A DNA stretch of 58,000 nucleotides from Nemertoderma westbladi (Eukaryota > Animalia > Xenacoelomorpha), in assembly GCA_032718475.1 (NCBI GenBank), contig JAUCBJ010002235.1:1-58000 (forward strand), given 5' to 3'. The notes under the pieces were generated by a model that worked only from the letters and a program-made list of their open reading frames with translations, made no database searches and had not been told where the DNA came from. Positions 48,999 to 58,000 of the stretch are shown here, piece after piece. The position numbers and the translations under genes were made by a program. Every line of letters starts with the position of its first letter. Within the stretch, counting starts at the first letter, position 1.

Positions 48999-49933
48999 TA
49001 GGGATGTTGCGAATGTCATATTTTTAACATCCGCGGATGCGGATGCGGATGCGGATGTGTATTAAAACAAATATTTTTGCCTGGCCTCCTTTTTACATCA
49101 AGGTTATACCAGCATTTTAATATTATATTCTAATCTTATATTAATAAACTAACAAGAGTCTAAGGTTATAGAACAGAATGGGACATAATATAACAAAACA
49201 ATAAATATAACAAACATTTTTTATATTGTTCCCGTCGAGTGTTAGTGTATTTTTAGTATTAGTGTAATTTTAAGATAAAATAAAAAAAATTTCATAAGGG
49301 CCTTCAGACAGGATGCTTGAATGGTGCATGTAACATCCGCATGTAACATCCGCATGTAACATCCGCATGTAACATCCGCATGTCACATCAACATGTCACA
49401 TCCGCATGTCACATCTGCATGTAACATCCGCATGTAACATCCGCATGTAACATCCGCATGTCACATCAACATGTCACATCCGCATGTAACATCCGCATGT
49501 AACATCCGCATGTCACATCCGCATGTCACATCCGCATGTAACATCCGCATGTAACATCCGCATGTCACATCCGCATGTCACATCCGCATGTCACATCCGC
49601 ATGTCACATCCGCATGTCACATCCGCATGTCACATCCGCATGTCACATCCGCATGTAACATCCGCATGTAACATCCGCATGTCACATCCGCATGTCACAT
49701 CCGCATGTCACATCCGCATGTCACATCCGCATGTAACATCCGCATGTAACATCCGCATGTAACATCCGCATGTCACATCCGCATGTAACATCCGCATGTC
49801 ACATCCGCATGTCACATCCCCATGTCACATCCGCATGTCACATCCGCATGTCACATCCGCATGCTATGGGTGCGGATGCGGATGCGAAAAATCATGCGGA
49901 TATCCGCGGATGCGGACATTCGCCACATACTTA
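48999..49933. mobile_element. hAT-like MITE with an internal 13-bp tandem array
   Basis: TAGGGATGTTGCGAATG ... CATTCGCCACATACTTA imperfect TIRs; GCGGAT subterminal repeats. No clear 8-bp TSD. Confidence 0.7.
49326..49863. repeat. 13-bp tandem repeat (ACATCCGCATGTM), ~41 units
   Basis: Direct inspection. Confidence 0.97.
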
Positions 49934-50399
49934 ATTAGTTTAGTTTAGAATCAAAATATCAATTCTACCCGGAACACATAAACTGGTTCAGTCGAATCAA
50001 TAGAGTAAAGCCCAAATCGCTAGAGTAATTCGCTTTCAAACGAAATCTAATTACATTCTTCATTTACTTTATTTAATATCCCAAAAAGGCTATAAATTTC
50101 CGCGAACGTTTTTATTATTTTTATATTTTTCTGTAACAGTTTTTATTATTTTTTATATTTTTCTGTAACAGTTTTTATTATTTACAATATAATAATAATT
50201 CTAGACAATTTTGGGGTATTTAAATAGAAAGTTAATGTAGAATCAAATATATTTGGTTAACAAATTACACCAACTTCTTGTCTATATTGACTAGAGAAAT
50301 AATGTGACTTTATCTGTAAATTAGTAATTCAATAATAAACTGTAACGCCAAACAAAAACAGTTAATGAATCTCTAATGAGTAGTTTAACTTAATATAAT

Positions 50400-52258
<1,859 letters not shown>

Positions 52259-53018
52259 TTACGTTAATAAATAATAAAAACCTACAATCACTAAATCAGT
52301 ATATATAAAGTTAAGATATATTTACTAAATAGAATCTTCAATGAATTCTTCAATCAATAGACTCTCGTTTGGCTGTTTGTCTGTCGGTTAGTTGTCTGTC
52401 TTCTCCACTCAGGATGTCCGTTTGCGTTTAACCGACTCGTAGAATCTTCTACTGTTCTATGTCACCTGAAACCCTGCAACCTGTATCTGGGGGGGAGAAT
52501 GGGGGGACAATGGCTAGGATTGAGGGCCAAATATACCGCTAAATACGTAAATGATAGAACCAAATTACCGTAATTAAAAGCAAATAAATTTAATTTTTTT
52601 AACAATTTTTGTCGATAAATCTAATTTTGATTAATCAGAGTTTTATATCAATGACTGAATGAGTACCACACGCACTATATACTCATTTCAGCTTTTAACT
52701 TAGGGTATAAATTGTAACGGATTTAGATAGGCCTAGGGCCTACTAAATGTGGATTAAGCACACAAATTTAAATAGACATGATTCAGTTGTGAGTCTAGGA
52801 TGTTACCCGGGTGTCCAGACAACCCGTCGCCATGGCAGCAGCATTGCTCGCTACCACTGCGCCGCTGAAACATAAATAAAAACATATCAAAATAAACAGA
52901 TAGTGAATTTTAAATATAGGTCAGTTAGGTACCGGTATATCTAATGTAGCTGTGTAGAGAGCTTTAAAGCTGTATGAAAACGATCAATATTTACTGATTT
53001 ATAATATTAATACAATAC

Positions 53019-53459
53019 ATACAGCTAATAAGGGTCCACAGAGCGAGAGCCCCACTAGATACAGCTAATTTGGGTCCACTGAGCCCCACTAGATACAGCT
53101 AATATGGGACCACAGAGCCCCACCAGATACAGCTAATATGGGTCCACAATAGTGCCCCACTACACACTAGATAAGGCTAATATGTGTCCACTCCACAGTG
53201 CCCCACTAGATACAGCTAATATGTGTCCACAGTAGTGCCCCAGTAGATACAGCTAATATGTGTCCAGCTGTCCACAGTGCCCCACTAGATACAGCTAATA
53301 TGTGTCCACAGTAGTGCCCCACTAGCAACTAGATACAGCTAATAGGCCTACTGTAATATAGGTCCACAGTAGTGTCCCACTACTGCACTAGATCAAGCTA
53401 ATATGGGACCACAGAGCCCCACTAGATACAGCTAATATGTGTCCACTCCACAGTGCCCT
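53019..53459. repeat. Degenerate ~30-35-bp minisatellite (CCCCACTAGATACAGCTAATATGTGTCCACAG)
   Basis: About 12 diverged copies. Confidence 0.9.
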
Positions 53460-53705
53460 ATCTTAACCTATTTCAGTTTTATGTAAGACATTGCTACCGG
53501 TAAATCTCTAAATTGATAGGTAAATAAATACAGAAATAGGGTACAGAAATAGGCCTAAATAATATAAATAATAGCAATCGATGTGATAATTAGGCCTAAT
53601 AAAAAAATAGTGCATACCGCAGACCGGTACTGCCTGACCGCTGTACTGACATAGTGACATAGCCCTACCTGCCTACCGGTATTTGATCGGTAGGCCTACC
53701 GACAT

Positions 53706-54878
53706 CCCAGGTTGGAATTTTTGTAGAGTTTGCTCAACATGTGTGGCGCGGATTAAGGATCCTGGCGCGTAGTGACGGGGGCGTGTGGCGCGGATTAAGG
53801 ATCCTGGCGCGTAGTGACAGGGGCGTGTGGCGCGCATTGAGGATCCTGGCCGTCCTGGCGCGAATATGGATGTAGGGTTTAGTGTAGGATGTAGCGTAGC
53901 AGTGCACTGGCAACACATCCCACTCTACAGCTCTATTTGAAATTATTCCATAGGTTTAAAAAGATTGAAAAATGTCCGCTCGCTTCGCTCGCGTTTGTAC
54001 TGTAAGCCTACTCTTAGCATTGTCTGGCTGTGGACAAATGGAAACGGACAGATTGAGCATGACCATTAAAAACATGACTTGTTTCAAAAGTTTTTCAATT
54101 GTCAGATTCTTCAAACCAATAAAACCATGACAGCCTGCCTGCCTGCATGATTCAGCAAAATTTCCGTGCTCGCTACGCTCGCCAGCTCGCAATTTAATGA
54201 CATCTGCATTTCTGCATTTGAAAACAGTCGGTTTGCCTACTTTAAATGCTGAAATGTTAAAATTTTCGTGCTCGCTACGCTCGCTTTTGATCACACTGTC
54301 ACATCTGCATTTAAAAACAGTCAGTTGACGTTGACCTACTACTACTACTACTACAACTACAGCACTATCTGACTATTACTGTCAGACTGTATTTATGTTA
54401 ACATAATTGGAAAATTTCGTTGCTCGCTACGCTCGCATGTTGATGATAAAATAGTGTAGGGCTACAGCATTATAAACTGATCAATTATTACAATTAAGCA
54501 ATTACTGCAAAATTTCGTAGTCAATTGTTGGCTTGGCGCGCATTAGATATCATGGCTGGCGCGATTTTCGTTTAACCAGGACGCGTGTGGCCCAGGTTGG
54601 AATTTATGTAGAGTTTGCTCAACATGTGTGGCGCGGATTAAGGATCCTGGCGCGTAGTGACAGGGGCGTGTGGCGCGGATTAAGGATCCTGGCGCATAGT
54701 GACAGGGGCGTGTGGCGCGCATTGAGGATCCTGGCGGTCCTGGCGCGAATATGGATGTAGGGTTAGGTTAGGACAGTAGGAGGTAGCAGGGTAGTGTAGC
54801 AGAGCAGTGCACTGGCAGACTGGCAACACATCCCACTCTACAGCTCTATTTGAAATTATTCTATAGGTTTAAAAAGAT
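53706..54878. repeat. ~260-bp direct duplication (53706-53965 and 54591-54878) with 40-bp internal repeats, flanking GCTCGCTWCGCTCGC motifs; probable non-autonomous DNA-transposon remnant
   Basis: CCCAGGTTGGAATTT...GGTTTAAAAAGATT is present twice. The motif occurs near 53978, 54168, 54270 and 54423. Confidence 0.7.
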
Positions 54879-57800
54879 TTGAAGTTTGAAGTTTGAAGTT
54901 TTTTATTACACCAAAACACTATAGAAACAATAATAGAGACGCAAATGGAAACAAATTATATCTTCTTAAACTAAACAGACATGACTCGACTATGTAGGAG
55001 GTCACAAGTATATTATATTCACTAAGTATACAATTATTACAATTCACAGTAATATAATGGAATAATGAATGGGAGGATATGATGCTTTACTGATACAAGA
55101 CAACACAACGTACAATACGAACACAAATGCATTAAAAGCAAAGGTAAAACATACTGTATAAGATTACATTCTAATTAAAACTTTGATATGTTCAATAAAA
55201 CATGGCAGTGGTTGATTACATTAAGTGCTGGATCAACTAATAATAATGATAATTAACTAAAATTGAAATTAAAATTCGCCTCCCGCATGCTTTAAAATAA
55301 AATTGTTATTATTTTAAAAAGTGTAGTAAGAACAAATTACTGTACATATACAACGGAGAAGCAGGACATATATTAAAAAGAAATAGAAAATATAGTTTGT
55401 CTGATACAGTTTGCAACGTAAGTTTGAGTGAGGTGGCGCTTGAGGATTGCCTCATGAGGTAAAACCTCGTTTCCATGAGGGTCCTCGAGGAATAATACAA
55501 AAGTAGACAATGTTTAAAATTTTAACTGAAATAAACAATATTTAAAATTATAACTAAAATGGTCAATATTTAAAATCATAACTAAGACAGAGAATATTTA
55601 AAACTATAAATAAAATTGACAATATTGAAAATTATAAAGAAAATCTTTGAACTTATTACTAAACTACTGTAGACAATTAATTAAAATAAAAACCGAAATT
55701 AATAAAAATGAATAATAAAAAGAAAATAGACAAATAGATCATAAACAACTATTAAGATATAATATTTACAATCAATCATGATAAAAAACCTCGATCTTTT
55801 AAGTTTAATGTGGCATGTCGGTTGGGGGGGGGGGGGGGGGGGGGTGCGGATGTCAGCGTCAGGTAACAGACGTTTCGGCTGGTGGGGTCTGGGATGCAGT
55901 TATATGATTCACATTCAATCATTGATATTCAATATTCCCATATTGTATTTTCGTTGGAAGTTAGTTTACTCAGGAAATGTGTTTTGATATTATGTTTAAA
56001 AGCTTCCACGGATACTGCATTGCGCACGTCTAAGGGTATCGCATTCCATATAGTTGGCCCCATAAACGAGAAACATTCGCATCCCGTAACCGTGTGCCTC
56101 GATGGGACTATCGCGCGACTGTTACCACCCCGGAGATCAATAGACACAGAGTTGAATCGAACAAGGGAACTAAGGTATGGCGGTGAAAGTGAGCGCGTTA
56201 TCCGGTACATGTGCGTCGCTAATAACTGGTTTATACGCCATTCAATTGGTAACCAAGACAATTCGTTGTAGTGCCATTGAGTGATATGCGTGCGGCTTGG
56301 TAATCTGAGGCAGAAACGTATGCATTTTCTTTGTAAAGCATGAAGTTGGTTTATTAGTCTTTTGGATGTACTTGGGTACCAACTTGAAGCTACAAAATCC
56401 ATATGTGGTTGGATCAGGGTGTTACAAAGTTGTCTTCTCAAGTGGAAATCTAGGAAGGCCCCTTGTCTGTATAAAAATCTTAAGTTTTTATTTCCCTTTT
56501 TTATGACCTGAGCGGCCATGGTGTTACCTGATAGATCCATGTCGAGATGACAACCAAGATACTTAATGCTTGTCCTTTGTTCAATATCAATTCCATTACA
56601 TACGACCTTTAAGTTATTATTTCGCGCAAGTTTATGGTGTGTTCCAAAGATGATCGCTGTTGTTTTCTTAAAATTTAAGCTCAGTTTATTATCTGTTGCC
56701 CAGTTGTAGATGTTGGTTAGTGTCGCTGACAATGAAATAGATAGTTGGTCTATGTTATCATGAGCTGCTAAAATGTTTGAATCATCAGCTAATTTCAGTG
56801 ATAAACAAGTAGGTGCGGGATTATTTAGTGTTGGATCTGTGATTGTGTTGGCTGATGACTTGTTGGTTATGGCTATATCACTGTCGTTGATATATAGTAA
56901 GAATATTAGTACAGATAGTAAACCACCCTGAGGGACTCCCCGCTTTATCAATTCCCGAACAGAAGATTGTACACCACGAACATATACAACTTGTCGTCTT
57001 TCACTCAAATACGATTTAAACCAAGCAACAGTGGCTCCTGAGAATCCAATAAAGCTCAGTTTTCGCAACAGTATATCATGGTCCACGGTGTCAAAGGCCT
57101 TACGTAAGTCTATAAATACTACACCAGTTAACTTACCATCGTCGACTGCTTCCTTTATGTAGTTATTTAGGTACATTAAGCAGGTCTCAACAGAGAAACC
57201 TTTCCTGTATCCCGATTGAAAAGGGTCTAATATCTTGTTGGCTTCAATGTACTCATATACTTGATCATATATTGGTTGATCTATAACTTTTGAAAGAATG
57301 GATAGGATTGATAAAGGCCTATAATTTCCTTTGTCTAATCTTGCTTCCGCTTTATAGCTTGGCACCACTTTTGCCAGTTTAAATACAGATGGGTATAGTG
57401 AGGTTTCAATTGACTCATTAAGTAGATGCGTCATGGGTCCAGCTATTACTTCGGCTATGTCTTTCAAGTATGATGGTGATAGGTCATCAATCCCTGCACT
57501 TTTATCAGTTTTTAAGTTGTTTAGTACATTTAACATGTAAGATATATCGATTTTTTTCAGGTTGAATTCGTTACAGTTTATGCCTTTCCATTTGTAATAA
57601 TTTTCAACGGCCATAAGGTTGTAATCACCTTTACTTGGTGGGAGTTTATTAACAAGTTCTTCAGCAATGGTGGTAAAGAATTTGTTGAATTCTTCTGCAA
57701 TTTCCATAGGGTCTGTCACCAGATTATTTTCTATTCGCAAGCATTTGACTGGCATTGACTGGGTATTTTTTGTAGGACATCCAAGTGATTTTAATTCCTT

Positions 57801-58000
57801 CCACAGTTTTTTTGGGTTGTTTCTATAAGAATTCAGCTTCGTTTTTATATAGTTCGTTTTTGTCTCTTTGATTGTAACTTTGGTAGTGTTGCGGAGGTGT
57901 TTATAATGCTGCTCGTTGACACGGGTCGGATTTTTGTGAAAACTTGTCAGGGCATTGTTTTTTGCTGCTATAGTGTGTAATATATCACTATTTATCCATG
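54879..58000 (-). mobile_element. CR1/L2-group LINE (ORF2, long 3' UTR, (CTTCAAA)n tail); continues past the right edge
   Basis: AATAAA followed by a tandem heptamer tail at ~54879-54906; RT ORF upstream. Confidence 0.9.
55929..57998 (-). CDS. LINE ORF2 reverse transcriptase, open to the window edge
   Basis: KSAGID, NYRPLSIL, QSGYR, FIDLRKAFDTVDH, GVPQG, LADD and KYLG. The frame stays open upstream of 57755 (WINSDIL...KKLWKELK). Confidence 0.93.
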   Translation of the reverse strand, partial: WINSDILHTIAAKNNALTSFHKNPTRVNEQHYKHLRNTTKVTIKETKTNYIKTKLNSYRNNPKKLWKELKSLGCPTKNTQSMPVKCLRIENNLVTDPMEIAEEFNKFFTTIAEELVNKLPPSKGDYNLMAVENYYKWKGINCNEFNLKKIDISYMLNVLNNLKTDKSAGIDDLSPSYLKDIAEVIAGPMTHLLNESIETSLYPSVFKLAKVVPSYKAEARLDKGNYRPLSILSILSKVIDQPIYDQVYEYIEANKILDPFQSGYRKGFSVETCLMYLNNYIKEAVDDGKLTGVVFIDLRKAFDTVDHDILLRKLSFIGFSGATVAWFKSYLSERRQVVYVRGVQSSVRELIKRGVPQGGLLSVLIFLLYINDSDIAITNKSSANTITDPTLNNPAPTCLSLKLADDSNILAAHDNIDQLSISLSATLTNIYNWATDNKLSLNFKKTTAIIFGTHHKLARNNNLKVVCNGIDIEQRTSIKYLGCHLDMDLSGNTMAAQVIKKGNKNLRFLYRQGAFLDFHLRRQLCNTLIQPHMDFVASSWYPSTSKRLINQLHALQRKCIRFCLRLPSRTHITQWHYNELSWLPIEWRINQLLATHMYRITRSLSPPYLSSLVRFNSVSIDLRGGNSRAIVPSRHTVTGCECFSFMGPTIWNAIPLDVRNAVSVEAFKHNIKTHFLSKLTSNENTIWEY

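Noticed and set aside
49523-49762. 79-aa periodic ORF
   Set aside because: Translation of the 13-bp tandem repeat.

Overview
AT-rich animal-like (probably invertebrate) genomic DNA made mostly of nested transposable elements, with one host gene: an intronless U2AF65 (U2AF2) at 51005-52237(-), whose stop codon lies in the first unit of a 29-bp tandem array. The main feature is a nearly full-length, young BEL/Pao LTR retrotransposon (E1, 4407-24444, minus strand, GTTAT target-site duplication, ~1.86-kb LTRs), plus a diverged, 3'-truncated relative (E2, 36083-43107). Comparing the two shows a set of unusual shared traits. Neither has a tRNA primer-binding site; instead the PBS position is complementary to a site inside the element's own LTR, and the two sites co-vary between E1 and E2. 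Both have a PBS/anti-PBS/PBS hairpin just inside the LTR, a very long U5 with conserved sequence blocks, a tRNA-like Pol III cassette in U3, and TA...CA termini. A 17-nt quasi-palindromic motif occurs at least 12 times, always in the same orientation and in all three reading frames. E1 also carries a non-env, probably spliced accessory ORF with a CxxC/CxxH zinc site. Together these suggest a possibly undescribed 'complex' and possibly self-priming BEL lineage; this is inference and needs testing. Also present: Gypsy remnants, several LINEs, a ~7-kb fold-back inverted duplication, MITEs (Kolobok-like, hAT-like, TA-flanked foldback), a Dada-like insertion in a tRNA A-box, and minisatellites. All comparisons were made by eye, with no database searches.
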